Program-made: the position numbers and the translations under genes
Shown here: piece by piece, positions 49,823 to 63,429 of the stretch
Numbering within the stretch: the first letter of the stretch is position 1
How the letters are laid out: each line of letters begins with the position of its first letter
From: Hydrolagus affinis
Lineage: Eukaryota
Length of the DNA stretch: 64,000 bases
Direction of reading: 5' to 3'
Assembly: GCA_012026655.1 (NCBI GenBank)
Contig: JAAILG010000156.1
Span: 1-64,000 of the forward strand
Notes under the pieces: model-generated
Told to the model about the DNA's origin: nothing
Database searches by the model: none
The model's input: only the letters and a program-made list of their open reading frames with translations

Positions 49823-51859
49823 AGCAACATTTTTGTGTTTCCCTTCCAGAAACATCACACAATATAGAGGGAAAGAGTGGTCCATGAAATGGATGGAGGG
49901 GGTTGGTGGGTGGCAGGATGAATTTATCAAAAATGTGATAATATGTCGCCAAAAGAAGCCAATACCCATGTTTCACTTTTCATTTGTTGAATTGTTCAAT
50001 GATGTGGTATAACATGCAGCACAATTTTCCCTTTTCCTATTGGAAAGACAAAAGGAGGAGGATAGAAACCTATAATGAGATTTCTATTATAGGTGTCTAT
50101 CCTTGGCTGAGTGCAGACTTGTTAAAAATGCCAGACTGTCTACTTATTAAGAGCCGAAACCAAAGTGATCATTTGAAATGTTATTAAAATGTGTAAATTT
50201 CCAACTCCCGACAGCGTTCTGACATTCTGATATCTCATCCTGTCACTTTTTATTTGAAGCCCAGAACTGCGCATATTTATGGCCCATATAGACAGCAACT
50301 CATTCTTAATTTACTTTATTAAAATTCATTCAACAGTGATTTTTTAGATTTCAAATGTAACCTTGCTTCAGTAAGACAACTTAAACAAGGGATTCTCTGA
50401 CTGAAAAAAAACATTATTTTTAAAAAATGTTAACACATAATTTACCTGAAGAAATACAAGCATAACATGGCATTATTAGGAGAGCTTTTTTTTAACCAAA
50501 AATCCCCAAATACATCCGAGTGGAGAAAAGTTTTATTTCATAGCACATTTATGCCAATTATCCCAAGAACAATAAAGACACAGAGTTCTAGATTTCGAAT
50601 TCAGCAAACAATTGCTCTCAATGACTGTTTCAAACAAGAGGTATTCACTTCAAAAGCATTGCCATTTGTTCAGGTGATGTATTGTCTTATGTACACAGAA
50701 GAGGCAATCCTCAAAACATCACTGATGTATACACTCATGTTCAACTGTATTGTGTGACTAAAGACACATCGGAGATTGACTGGGTGTCAAATACAGCCAA
50801 CCCCCTTGTCAATCTGCATTGTTTTACCAGTTCTGCAGCAGGTTTCAGCTTTAAATGTTCCTCTCCTTCACAATGGTGGGAGTTGGAAGAAGGAGGCTTC
50901 AACAAGTGGAACGTGTAGCAACAGTAGCATGAAAGGTAACATTTTAAAACACATACACACAAAGAATAGAGAATAAGTGAAGAGAGAAAAGTGGCAATTG
51001 AAACATGTAAAACTTTTTGTTTTTCAATGAAAATACTGGTTTGCGTTAATTTACTGTGGTGACATGGGGTTAACGTTGCAGAAATAAAGCTGACCTTATG
51101 CTTGAACTTTACAACTGGAAAAATCTTTGTATATATTTTACGCTAAATTAAGTTAACTAGAATGTTTAGAGAAACTGTCTATCCACAGCGCCAGGACTAT
51201 GTGCCATCAGTTTAAGGATTAAACAAAACTAATGTTACACTGTTTGTCAATATACTGTATTATATCTTCAAGTCAGTCATTCAATCTTCTTATACTGGTT
51301 TGTCCTTTCAAGTCTATCAACCTCAATCCTTTCCCCAAGCTAACCTTTCCATTCAGTCGCCATTGACTGTACTCAGTCACATATTCCAGCAGCTGTCCTC
51401 TACCGTTTCCTTCTGCACTGTTCAAACAAATTTTACAACTAACTACTTTGAGTGCTGATTTCAGCTTACCCAGGGACTGATCTCTGCCCTGCTGTTACAG
51501 TTAAGCTTCCGAGGGCCCTGGAGCTTGATAATTAACACTGTAGCCAGTCACAGATTACCTGTCAGTGAGGTTTCCATGGGATGGATTAGTATGGATCACC
51601 TTTTGCCCATATTAATATAGTTTGATTCAATCTATTAAAAATAAAACAAATAGTGAAAGTCCAAGAAACATACTCCTATATGTATTGCTCCGTTCCTTGT
51701 GCACAACAGGGTACATCTCTGGGAGTGCGGTCTTACCATATAGTGTTATTACACTGAAGAAATATAGTGAGAAGAACCTATCTGATTATTACCTTTAATA
51801 ACTAATTAAATTGGATATATTACACTGTATTGAAATAGTTGCCTCTGCCTTGGGGCTTT

Positions 51860-52300
51860 AATTTGTAGTTCTAATGAGCAAGGATCTCTCAAGACCTCAG
51901 TTTCTGATTGTTATAAGGAAATTAAAATGTGAATTGAAATGATACAGAAAGTATCCAAAGGCTTCAATGTCATTTGGAAGATAGATTTGTAAAATGCTAA
52001 CTTTTTTTTAAAAAAGCGTATACAGGCAGACGGTTGGATATTGAAGTTTGTGATAAGAAAAAAGATCACGGATTCTGAAACCATGCAATATTATCATCAG
52101 GTTCTTAAAATATTATGAGAAACTGGATACACCAATGAGTTGATTCTTCAATAAAGGTCGATCGCATGACCAGCTCTCTAGCAAAGTTAAGAAGAAACAT
52201 ATGGCTTTGGTAACCTGAATATGAACCAAAATTTGTGTGCACAACACCCCAAAAATGCCTCAGGCAACATTGGAAGTAGCGTGAAGCATGAAATATATAT
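51860..52300 (+). mobile_element. Fossil RTE LINE, C-terminal region
   Basis: Colinear remnants NVIWK, KRIQA, YHQVLKIL*ETGYTNEL, HDQLSSKVKKKH, PQATLE match the RTE post-RT order (IWK..RIQAFE..YRRILRISW..TNEE..RRKLKWFGH..LQGTVEG). Confidence 0.55.
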
Positions 52301-52589
52301 CTGGCTTCTCACTTCAGATTATTAAAAAGATAGAATGAAATGTCACACTCTTGTTTCAACTGAAATATTAATAATAAACATCAAAATCTGGTTGAAAAGG
52401 AGTGTGTTTTATTTGGTTTTGAAATCCCTGTCATGTTCGCTTGTGATTTATATCCCAGATTGGCAAAATAGGAATTGTCACTCAACGCATTCAACATTTA
52501 AATCAATTGGGCTGTCACTCAGATTTAATGGACACCCTTAAACACAGTGGTAGTCAGTATTTAAAAACTGCAATTGTGGTTGTGTTTAT

Positions 52590-52790
52590 AGATTTTAATG
52601 TAGATGAATGTAAGGTAATGCATATTGGAACAGGAAGCCGGAAATGTGTACTACATGAAGAGCTGTCCATTAGCAGAGGTGGAGAAAGGCAAAGGATTTG
52701 GGCTGGGCATGCTTATTGATCACTCTCTGAATGTTTCCCGTCAATGTGAAGCTGTTATCAACAAAGCTAATCAAATCAAAAGAGAAGTCA
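52590..52790 (+). mobile_element. CR1 ORF2 fragment
   Basis: FNVDECKVMHIG...LGMLIDHSLNVSRQCEAVINKAN. Confidence 0.85.
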
Positions 52791-53420
52791 AAATAAGTTA
52801 TTCAGAACATGGATAGATTGATTACTGCTGATGAATATTAGAACAAAACTGGATTTATTCCTTAAAGTATTCTTCCACAATCATCTCTCAACACTCATCC
52901 CAGCCCCCCAGTAATCTCTTCTGTACCCGTTCACTTTTGTATAATTTTGTAAAATCGTATGTTAGTCGATTGGTGGGTCCCTTTCTGGGGGTAATAATCC
53001 CTCCTCACCCCACCCCTATACCAATTCTCTGTGTATCCCAAAACTGACTTCATCTTTCAGCTCATATTGTCGTTTTGTTAAAATCGCCACTAAACATTCA
53101 AAAAAAAGCCGCTGCCAGCTAAACTCAGCACCGACAAGAAACAGTTCCTTGCCGGGGAAGTGCTTGGAAAGACAGATAGATACCCGTTGGTGGCCAAAGC
53201 CATTTTGAAAGTGTACACAAACATACACACCTCACATCCAATTTCGTAGAGTTTTACCTTCAGGGTTCCATCATGAGCTCCACAAATTGTTCATTATTTG
53301 AATTATGGTTTGATGTATGAACAAAAGGATCATTTTGCTGTCCGTCTACTCGGACAGCAAATTAGAATCAAGTGATGTGGCTGCTTTTGGTCCAATTGGC
53401 AGTTGAATGTTTGTTCAGCA

Positions 53421-53715
53421 TTAATAATAAACTTGGCATTTAATAATGTGCCTCATCATGTTACCGAGACGTCTCAAGCTGCTTCATAGGATATACTGTT
53501 GAGTGGAGCGACTGTATTTTATGGGTGAAACATGGCAGCCAATTTGTGCACAATAATGTCCGATAAACAGCCATGGAGTGAGTGACCAATTCTTTATCTA
53601 GGGGATTCTTTGCCAGAATCCCATGAGAAACCCCCTTCTCTTTTTTGAATAATTCCATGGGATCTTTAAAATCCACCTGAACAGACAGACTCGGTTTAAC
53701 ATCTTATCGAAGATA
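53421..53715 (-). mobile_element. DeuSINE with central Deu domain and family tail
   Basis: ccatgggatctttaaaatccacctgaacagacagactcggtttaacatcttatc (Deu domain, reverse) joined to the same 3' body and tail as the tRNA SINEs. Confidence 0.8.
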
Positions 53716-53834
53716 ACTGGTTTGTCCTCAGAATGCAAACACACAGTACTGTCATTTCTAAAGCTATAGAGTAGACATGCTACTCGGGCATTCTGTGTAC
53801 ATTGTCATCACAGGGCACAGAAGGAGAGGAGCAA

Positions 53835-53950
53835 TGTGCTGCCTTGTTTCACCCATAAAATATAGTCAATTCATTTTACAGTATATCCCGTGAAGCACTT
53901 TGAGACATCGAGAACACATGGAAAGCACTATATCAAATGCAAGGATTATG
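53835..53950 (+). mobile_element. SINE tail
   Basis: gtcaattcattttacagtatatcccgtgaagcactttgagacatc...tatatcaaatgcaaggattat. Confidence 0.85.
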
Positions 53951-55919
53951 ATTGAATTCATAACTAACCTTGAAATGGGAAATGATTTGCCAAAGGTTTA
54001 TTCCATGCACACAGAATAAACAGAAGACAGTTTTGCAACATGGCACAATGCTTCACACGAGGGTATTAAATGCCATTCTGGAAATCCAGTCAGGCAGCAA
54101 TGAACTCATTTAACCAGTAACCATTTTCTTAAAAAGAAAGCATTGTCTTTTCTGAATAAATTGCAGCAATAACAGAAAAGATGAGATCCGAACAAATAAA
54201 TGGCATGTTTCACCCGCAAATATGTCTTATGACCACCATTTCTTTCATTCAAACCACTTTAACACATCTGCTGTGATACGTTCAATCCATTTATTTCTCA
54301 AACCATTGCTGGTTACATTTTGTTTTAGTTGAGGGAAAAGGTGATGGGTTATAGTGATTCCAGTCCATGTACTTGTCCACTTGGACTTCATATTCTTATT
54401 TCTTTAATCACTTTCCTTTTCGCTTCCTTGAAGCCTATCACAGCCAAACCCAGCGAAGAAAGCATTTCATGCCTTTAAAATTTTCAATTCAAAAGACTGG
54501 TGCCTTTGGTAATAAAAAAAGAACACATAAAATCAATTTGCAGACAGATCAGTGACTCTTAAAGTCACTGTTGGCTGCATTCAGCAAAGATTCCCCTATC
54601 TGATGTTAGTGTAGCATATCTGCTATTTGGCTTGATTGAAATCTAGAGGGGCCACATGAGGATGTGGAACATATAAGTCAGCAAAAATAGTTCATACTGA
54701 ATAGCTTGTTCCATAAATGTCTGTTTCAATCCTAACTGGGGACGCTACAGGAACATGGATAATCAATAGGGATTGCTGTGTTGCCTATTTCACAATTCAA
54801 GAACTACGTTAAAGTGAAAGACACACACCTCTACTAAACTCTCACCTAACTGCTCTGTATTCTCTTCTTCCAGCTCAATTATTTTTTAAAAAACAGAAAT
54901 TGCACCAAGGAATACCAGTCCAGAACCTCCTGTGCTCAGGAAACATGGATAAAACACTCCACTTATGTAAACCCCATAAGGTAAACAAAAATCTCTCAGA
55001 GGTTGGCTCTATTTACAGTTGGTGTGCAAGGTGTACAATCCTCATTCATTCACTCCCAGTATTTAGAATTTGCTGATCTTAACACTTGTCTCACTGAATT
55101 ATTTATGCATCTAGCAGGATTCTCCTGCACTATACATATTTCACAAACTCCCTTAATTCCATAAATGACCATAAATGTCAAATTTCAAATGTAGCAAAGG
55201 TAGGCATTGAGAAATAGATAAACAAGGGAGCCATCCTAACTTCAAATCCAACTCCTCCTTCTCATTACAAAACTCTGATTGTCACAGATTGATTACGCTC
55301 CCAGACTACCTTTTATTTATAAATCCATTGCAACAGTCAAGTGCCAATCTTACACTGTGAGGCTATTCGGTGCTGTCAGAATTGAAATGGACATGTTGAT
55401 GAGAATCTCATGTCCCTGCAGTAATAAAACCCAAAATTATCTTTCTGGTAGAGATCGGCACACATTGGACTCATGGCCTCGAAATCATTGGGGAAAATTG
55501 GAAAGATGGAGTGCTCACCTGCTGTACATACAAAAGAAAAGTAAAACAGTCTCCTCCTTGTAAATACCAGAAGCCTGCAAAAGAGATCATGAGACAAGGC
55601 CACTTTGGTACGTTGTCATTGTTCTGATATTATCTGTATCGAGATAGCTGTCCTCAACGCATAAACATAGCACTAATTGTCAAACTGAACCCAAATCTGG
55701 ATTTATCTCAGTTGCCCTATTTGGATTCTTTGGAGCTTATCCATAATAACTTCCAGACTGTCACAAAGTCCAAGCACTTTGTCAACTGTGAAAAGCATCC
55801 AATTCAGATGAGGCACAAAGCTAGGTTAAAATCTCGCTAACTTTATCCCCCAGTGTTTTGCGAAAATCAAGGAGTATCTTTCAGAAGATATGTGATGTGG
55901 TAAGTGTATTTGACAATGG

Positions 55920-56760
55920 ACAACAACAACAAAATTACACTTGTGTAGCGTCTTTCACGTCAGGAGTATGTCCTAAGGCCCTGGACAGACATTGTTTCAG
56001 ACCCAAGCTGGGGACAGTGAGGGTAGAGGGAAAGAGGGGGATTTGGGGGTGACCGATGGGACCATTGAACAGGAGGGTATTGAGGTGGGACTTCAAGGAG
56101 GGCTTTCAATGTGAGGACCAGGATCTTGAATTGGATTCTCTGGATGATGGGGAGCCAGTGGAGTCAGCCGAGGATGGGGGAGATGGGGTCATGGGGCTTG
56201 GTGCAGTAGAGGACACGGGCCGCAGAGTTCTGGATTATCTGCAACCTGTTGATGGAGGAATTGGAAAGGCCAGCAAGCAGGGCGTTTGTGTAGTCAAGTT
56301 GGGAAGTGATGAAAGCATGAATGAGGGTTTCAGTGGCCTTGGGGGTAAGGTAATGTGCAGAGTCAGGCAATATTGCTGAGGAGAGGGAAGGCAGAGCGGG
56401 TCATGGCTTGGTTGTGGGGAAGGAAAGACAGTTGAGGATTGAACAAGACACCTGGGTTCATTCTGGCTTGGTGATGTCGAGTGAGCAACCATGGAGGTTG
56501 ATGCTGCCAGTGCCTGTTGCATGAAGGTGCTGTCAAGAGCCAATCAGTAGGGCCTCTGTCTTGTTGACATTCAACTGTAGAAAGTTAGCTCTCATCCAAG
56601 ACTTGATGTCTGACAGACAGACTGTCAGGACAGTTGTAGTCCTGGAGTTGAGGGTAGAGGCAAAGAGACAGAGTTAGGTGTCATCTGCATACATGTGGAA
56701 GTTAACCCCAAGTCTGCGGATTATATCATCAAGGGATATTGAAAAGTAGGGGGCCAAGGA
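55920..56760 (-). mobile_element. L2 fragment including RT YADD motif, internally deleted
   Basis: LGPLLF / PLDDIIRRLGVNFHMYADDT*L...CLSDIKSWMRANFLQLNVNKTEALLIG...LIHAFITSQLDYTNALLAGL...; tail at 55920. Confidence 0.92.
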
Positions 56761-58394
56761 CACACAAGACCTTAAAAAAACTAAAAGACCCACAGCCTAA
56801 TTCTTAAACAGCTGTGTAACATTGCTTGACTCAGCAAGTTAAATAAAAAATAAGCACGTCAAATAAAAAAAAAGGTTGGAAAAGTACTGACTTCAGTTCA
56901 AGGATTTTAAGGACTTAAATTTTTGCTGTGCTTGTCCTTTTGTCAATGTCTTCCCAGACTTTCTTTATGGCTTGTGCTTTGTGACAAAGTGTCTGTGTTG
57001 AGTATTGTTCCTATTTTTGCTGACTTTGCCAACAAAACAGTCACTAAAGTTGACAGTAATTACTGTGAAGTGCTATGAGACATTTCTTAGGGATTTGGTA
57101 TTCTAGAAAACACAATGTCCTTTTTTTTTCCTTTCTATTAATGTAGCACAAATTACATCGTCATGTGTCAAAATCAAGGTAACTTATCTTCCAAGAACCA
57201 TTATTGTGGTGACACGGTCACTTTAAGATGTATACATAAAAGGAGCATTAAGCAAACCAAAACCACTGATCTGGACAAATTAAAATCTTACTTCCTATTT
57301 ACTCAGAGTCATCCAGTCAAACACACAGACTAATTCACTAATAGAAAAGAACAGTCCTGTTAATTTATATGCCACTTTACATTTAAGGCCTTTGTTTTGT
57401 CACACAGTGGTCATGATTAATGCTATTTATTCAACCTGGTGTAAATACATTGTCAGCATTTTCAATGTATTCAGATCTCGTTTGCCTTTACCTTGAGGTG
57501 TAAGTGCTAAAGTAACATTTGCCATCATAATCAATACCTAAAAAGGGTAAAAGTTTGCTTTCCCCAAGGAACGCAATTAGCCTATTGCCAGCCGCAGTGC
57601 ACAGTAACCACACAGCCTTTTCCCAGCAGAGTGATCAAGTAATTGGATTTAGTCAAGTATTAAAAAGTGGAGGAGGGAAATCGTTATAGGAATATTGTAT
57701 GTTTTATTAATGGATGGATTTTTGCATTGAATGTGACTGGTTTTGACGAGCAATGATTTTTTTTACTAAACAACTATTTAATGCAGTGCTGACTAGGCAA
57801 TATCTATATTGGTTTCCTGGAAGTTGCTGCTCAGTATCTGCCGGGTTGGAACTTTCTAATCCGACTTTTACAGGTGAAAGGGTAAATGAGTAAGTGTTTA
57901 CTGCGCTGCACACTACATGGGAAAGCGTGATCTGTGCTATTGAAGAAAGTCCTTTACGAAATGAGTGTTCCATCAATGTGACCGATATTTTCTTCTTAAC
58001 ATTATTGTCTCAATTTCTGCTGACACAACACAAGGCTGTGTATTCCAGAATATCGACAACTGTACACAAAAAGGCTATGAAAAGAGCCTTCCACTGAAAC
58101 CAAATACATAATTTTCAAATGCAACCTGTAGCATAATTCAATTCCATCTGTTTTCAACACCAGTTGAAAGATACAAGTTTTATTCCTGGCCAGTGGACAG
58201 TAATGTTTTTCTCTAGTTCTGTTTCATTCCTATTTAAATCAGTATAAAATGTATTTTCCTTTATTAAATTTGGCAATTCAGTAGAATATCTTCACCTTCA
58301 TTGGCCATCAAACAGTTTTTTGAAACAAATGGAAGAGGAGGTTGGAGCCTGTAAATCTCCCAAATATCTGAGCAGCTTCACACAGTGTAATATC

Positions 58395-58655
58395 TAGCAA
58401 CAACAATTTAGTGGAAATACAGTTTTGCAAACATAGATTTTAAAGTGGGTTTGAAGATGGGGTGGGAGGGCACCAGGAAGAGGGATACCAGGATGGAGTT
58501 CCAGAAAGCAGGGGGGAGATTGACTGGAAGCTCGCTGAACTGATGATGGGGTGGATCAGGTGGGGTGGAGGGGAAGCGATCACGATAGATGGGGGGTGCG
58601 GCGGCGGGGAATGGGGGTGAGGGCGAGATTGTGGAGGGAGATAAAAGTGAGGATT
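58395..58655 (-). mobile_element. Degraded L2 3' fragment
   Basis: Minus strand PAFWNSILVSL...FKPTLK; (caa)n end. Confidence 0.55.
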
Positions 58656-59344
58656 CAATGCAATGAGGATTTTCAATTCGATTCATTTTATAATGGGGAG
58701 CAAGGCAATAACATTCTCTCCGCAGCAATCAGTAAATGTACAATCCCCACCATACACCATGATCCACTGTGGACTTTCAATAAGAATATTAATTAGTGAT
58801 GAGAGAAATGTTCCATGTAGTCAAATGAATCCGACAACTGTTTTAATGACAGCCGGGCTCCAACACCAGGTGGTTCCATGATTTTACAAGCAGTGACTCT
58901 CAGTATCCATACTGTTCCCACACTGCGGCTTTCACTCTACATAGGCACCATACAGGAGCTCTAATGGTTTTTCTCCCTTTCACATTTCAGCTGGTTCACA
59001 CACAGCGGCTAGTCAATTAAGCAAGCTGTCTGTGGGACTGCAGAAGCACACAGTTGGCAACAGTGATCATTTGCTAAATGGGAAGGACCCAGGTGTCTAG
59101 TCCAGACTTGTGTTCCATCCCCATGCCTCTGAATAGCTCCAATTCTTTGAATTAGGGTGAAAATGGTCAAAGCCAATTTGGAGTTTGCATCTATTACAAA
59201 AAGGACATTGAATCGAACTGAGATCAATTTTATGTTTGTAAACAGTATGAGATGTAATGTTAAAGATACAGAGTCTGATCTTTTGCTTTCCGGATACAAT
59301 ATTCCAGTTAATCCATCAGAATATTTAGTCTGAGACACAGGGTA

Positions 59345-59420
59345 ACTGCAACAACAGCAACTTATATTTGTATAAGCTCCTTTCACGTTGGGAGGATATC
59401 CCAAGCTGCTGACTGCATTA
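59345..59420 (-). mobile_element. L2 tail stub
   Basis: caacaacagcaacttatatttgtataagctcctttcacgttgggaggatatcccaag. Confidence 0.7.
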
Positions 59421-62400
59421 CAATTACAATGTTGTACATTTAACTTGGATTGGAATTCATTCAATTCAGAAACTCCTTTTCATTCTTTATTTCTGACAAG
59501 TTGACCTGGTGCTGTGACTCCTACAGGAGGAATGTTAATCTTCCTTCAAACCATCTGCAAGAATCAATGTAAGGAAAGTAAGCAGTCATTTCCCACGGTA
59601 TAAGATCCAACTGAGGCTTCAAATCTAATTTGTCTAGGTTCAAATCTGAGTTGGACTGTACTAAAATCATATAATTTGGGTGAATTTCAAACATTAGATT
59701 GGAAACACCATGATAAACAGGAGTTTAGTATTTTCTCTTCGGGATTTGTATTCAGAGCATCGATGAGTCCAAATCGCAAATTGAATTTGCCTGAATTCTG
59801 AACGCTGCCATCTACTCCACCTTGATCTTTATGATTATGATCTTTGGACATATGCCCAGTGGACACACTCACATGTCATTACCACCTCGGAATTAACTTA
59901 ATTAGCATCACTGACAGGGTCCTTTAATTCCAACCGACTGTTAATTTGGACGAGCGTCAAGCTCACAGTTGTTATGGGAACAGATCTATAGAGCCCTTGC
60001 CAGCAAACCAGCCCTGCCTTCATCTCTTTTCCACAGTGGGTGACACCACTTCTGCGTAGGTCACGTTTCCAGTCCTGGAGCTCTGTATCCGATTGTTTCC
60101 TCAGAGCTCAGCCAGAAAAGCTTCTGTATTAACGGAGTTTCCCACCATCCACAAATGGCATCATACAAAGAATTATGCAAATCTGCAGGAGGGCAAGAAT
60201 TCCAAATGGGGATAATTGCACATGCAGAACAGCTTACAGACAGGATTTGTGTCCCCCAAATTACTGATAATGGACACAAATAACAGCGAGACCGAGCTTT
60301 TAAAGAAACTGTCAAAGACGGTTATGAGCAAACAGAAGGTGCTGCTAATTTAGGCCATTGAACAAGTTCAATAGTATAGGCAGTTAGCGCAGCAAGCTAC
60401 AATTTGCTGCGTTTAATAACATAAATATAACTGATATTAGTGCAATGAACTGTTTCTTTTTTTTTTGAAAAAGCAGCAGAGACTTGATGCGAGCAGATTA
60501 GCTACTGAACCAGCAAGTTCCCGGAAAAGCTGTGTTCGAACCCGTCCACACGGAAAGATTTATACACAGTTGATGCACTTGCTATGGGGTGAGTTGTGCT
60601 GCCTAGCTGGTGGAATAGACTAATCCATCCATCATTCTGCTCACTTGTCAGACATCCCATCCAGAGAGCAGTATACTCCATGGGAAATGAATAGGCCTTT
60701 TGAAAGGAGTTGCAAAACGCCCGGTTTACACAAAATTCAGTAAACAACGCCATTGCTCTGACAGAGAGCAGCAGCTTCACAACACACAAAGCCCAAATTG
60801 CTAAAGTCACTTTCCGCATCACAAAACAAATTTGATGTGAAAAAACAAAAACTCTCAATTCTACACCATACTGTATACTCGTTGTGACTTTCCTAACATT
60901 ATGTGCTGTGTGTGAACCACATAGGAATTGCGGAAATTCTAGGTGGCCTTACGTTTACAATTTACCAATGAAAGATTGTTTTCTATGCGATTATTAAATC
61001 CTCTTTAGAAAGTAGTTTTAGTACAACTGGAGCCAGGAACAGAAAATAGTTTACATTTATATAGTGGCTTGTACATCGAGAGGATAGCTCAAATTTTTTT
61101 TCACAAATGCCTGTTGTGACCAACAAACAAACCTCGAACAAAAGACATGAAGCCCAGTATGACAAAATACAGATGGAAAAGCTGTGGTAGCATTATTGAT
61201 TTGGGTATGTTGATTGATTTGGAGATACAATGTTGTAATGTCTGTGCACGTATCATTACAATAATAGCTCTTTGTTCACACAGCTACCGATATCCCCAAC
61301 TTATATTGCAGCCTATTATCCATTTGAGCCAACGATGAAACTTTTTTTGACGTGGTTTTGAGAGTCGCAATGTTCCTGAAACCAGATTTATTTTTCACTT
61401 TTAGCATTAATTCAGTGTGTAAATTGCATCAAAAGCGACTTTTAACAATGCAAGGAAGTAGAATAGCACAGAAAGATCATTAGGGGCTTAGCAGAGATCA
61501 GCTTGATCTGAATGAATACAGAATAGTTGTGCAGAACAGAGAGACAATAAAATAATTCCGAGAGCCACCTCCCACGTCAGCAGAATAGTGCCATCTGACA
61601 GGCTGATTAATATTCACCAAATGTTACTCGGAATCTCAGACAGTGCATGAGAGACTGGTGTCTGGCTGGGGTGGTGGGGGAATAAAATCAGAGCTTTCCA
61701 GTTCCCACCCCTCTGATGCATTTTTAATCCAACAATGGTGTTCTTGCAAACCAAACAATGTCTCTGGTTCAAGCTGAGGTTCTCAAGTGCAAAGCAAGGT
61801 CACAGTGGGCCTCTGGAGTCTGAAGTGGTGGAGCTTTAATTGGAGCAGCCGTTTCTATAATTCAACTGCAGTTATGTTCCCAACTGCACCATCGCGGCAG
61901 CAACATGCACTGCAAAGCCAGTGTTTTATTTCCATAACTACCCCCACCCCACCCCCCCCGAACAGCCTTGTACGGCTTCCAGTTAAATATTAGAAAGAAT
62001 CCCTTTAAACACAAAGAAATCCTGGATTTGTTTTAAAATTCAATACCATGCTCGTTCCTGACACAGAGAAACTCAAAATGTGCTCACACTGAATGGAGTA
62101 TTCATTTTTAATCAGGTTTCTCTGGAGAACCTGAAAAGAATGGCCCAGGAGTTCAATAACTCACAGACTTTCATTAAAGGTGATTATACTGCAGTTTCCT
62201 AACAAAATTCTCATCTTCTATTTTGAGTTTCATTTAGAATATAATTTCACTTGATGAATCTGCTGAATTCTTTATGCCGCATTAGCTAGTTTGTAGTCCC
62301 ACGCAGTGAGCTTCCTGGAGCGGGGATAAAAGACAAGAGACAGAGACAGAATTGGTCCGTTCACCTGCTGTCGAGAATGAAACAATGCACAGGGTCAGAA

Positions 62401-62437
62401 AGCACGTGCAAAACATCAAATGAGGAGCAGCAGTCTT

Positions 62438-62705
62438 AACAACTTGCACGTATATAGCGCCCTCCATGCAGGGTAGCATCTCAAGAGCGCTTAACCATGG
62501 CTGAACCTGACTCCCAGCGGGGGGCAAGGGGAGGTGCCCATAAGCACAGTCGAAGAGAAAGGTCTTCAGGTGGGAATTGAAAAAATGGGAGAGAGGTTGC
62601 AAGATGGAGGGATTGAGGGAGAGTGTTCCAGAGTTTCGGGGCGCAGTGGCTGAAAGTGATACCTCTCTCTGATGGTGGGGCGGAAGATGTGAGGGCTTTT
62701 AACAT
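62438..62705 (-). mobile_element. L2 3' end
   Basis: FSHCAPKLWNTLPQSL...FNSHLKTFLFDCAYG plus tail. Confidence 0.88.
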
Positions 62706-62975
62706 TACGAGCTCTCGAGGAGAGTAAGAAGTGAGAAGAGACTCTGAACTAATGCAAATGAGGTTCCAGCGATTATTGGCAAGCATTGTAGCCTCACAGC
62801 TCAGTGGTATTGAAGCAATTCATCGAAAATCCAGCATAAAATCAACTACGCTGATCATGGACACTGGCACATGCAAGTTTGATAGCATCGGCCCTCGTTT
62901 CATTTCCATATTGCCATTGAATGCTCCAGTGTTATGTATATATACAATGACGACATAAGATGAGCTGTAATGTTA

Positions 62976-63052
62976 AACAACAACAACATTACATTTGTAC
63001 AGCGCCTTTCACGCCAGGAGGACGTCCCAAGGCACTGGACAGATATTGCTTC
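62976..63052 (-). mobile_element. L2 tail stub
   Basis: (caa)n-cattacatttgtacagcgcctttcacgccaggaggacgtcccaaggcactggaca. Confidence 0.85.
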
Positions 63053-63144
63053 AGATAAACCATAATTCCTTCAAAGAAAGAATGTGATGCACATCTACTT
63101 AAGAACAGTGATCACATGTTTTTGGACATGCTGAATTGTGCATT

Positions 63145-63330
63145 TGTCAATTCCAACTTGTCCACAGCACCAAGATAGCCCTCGTCAAAGTATTTTCAAT
63201 CTGTGGCTGGGACTCCCCATGGCTCTCATCTTCCCTGCTTCAATCAGCACTGATGACTGTTCTACCATTCCTGCTCATCGCTCTCATCCAACTCTGTGGT
63301 CTGGGTTCCCCTGGTTCCAAAGCTATTGGA
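63145..63330 (+). mobile_element. Degraded L2 RT fragment
   Basis: FQLVHSTKIALVKV (cf. FRPxHSTETALxKV) and PWFQSY (cf. LxWFxSYL). Confidence 0.6.
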
Positions 63331-63429
63331 CCATCACCACCACAACCTAAATTTTGTTTCTTCCAATCTTTTCTCTCACCCTCACACAAACACTGCCACA
63401 TGATCGGTGCTATATAAATGCAATCAATC

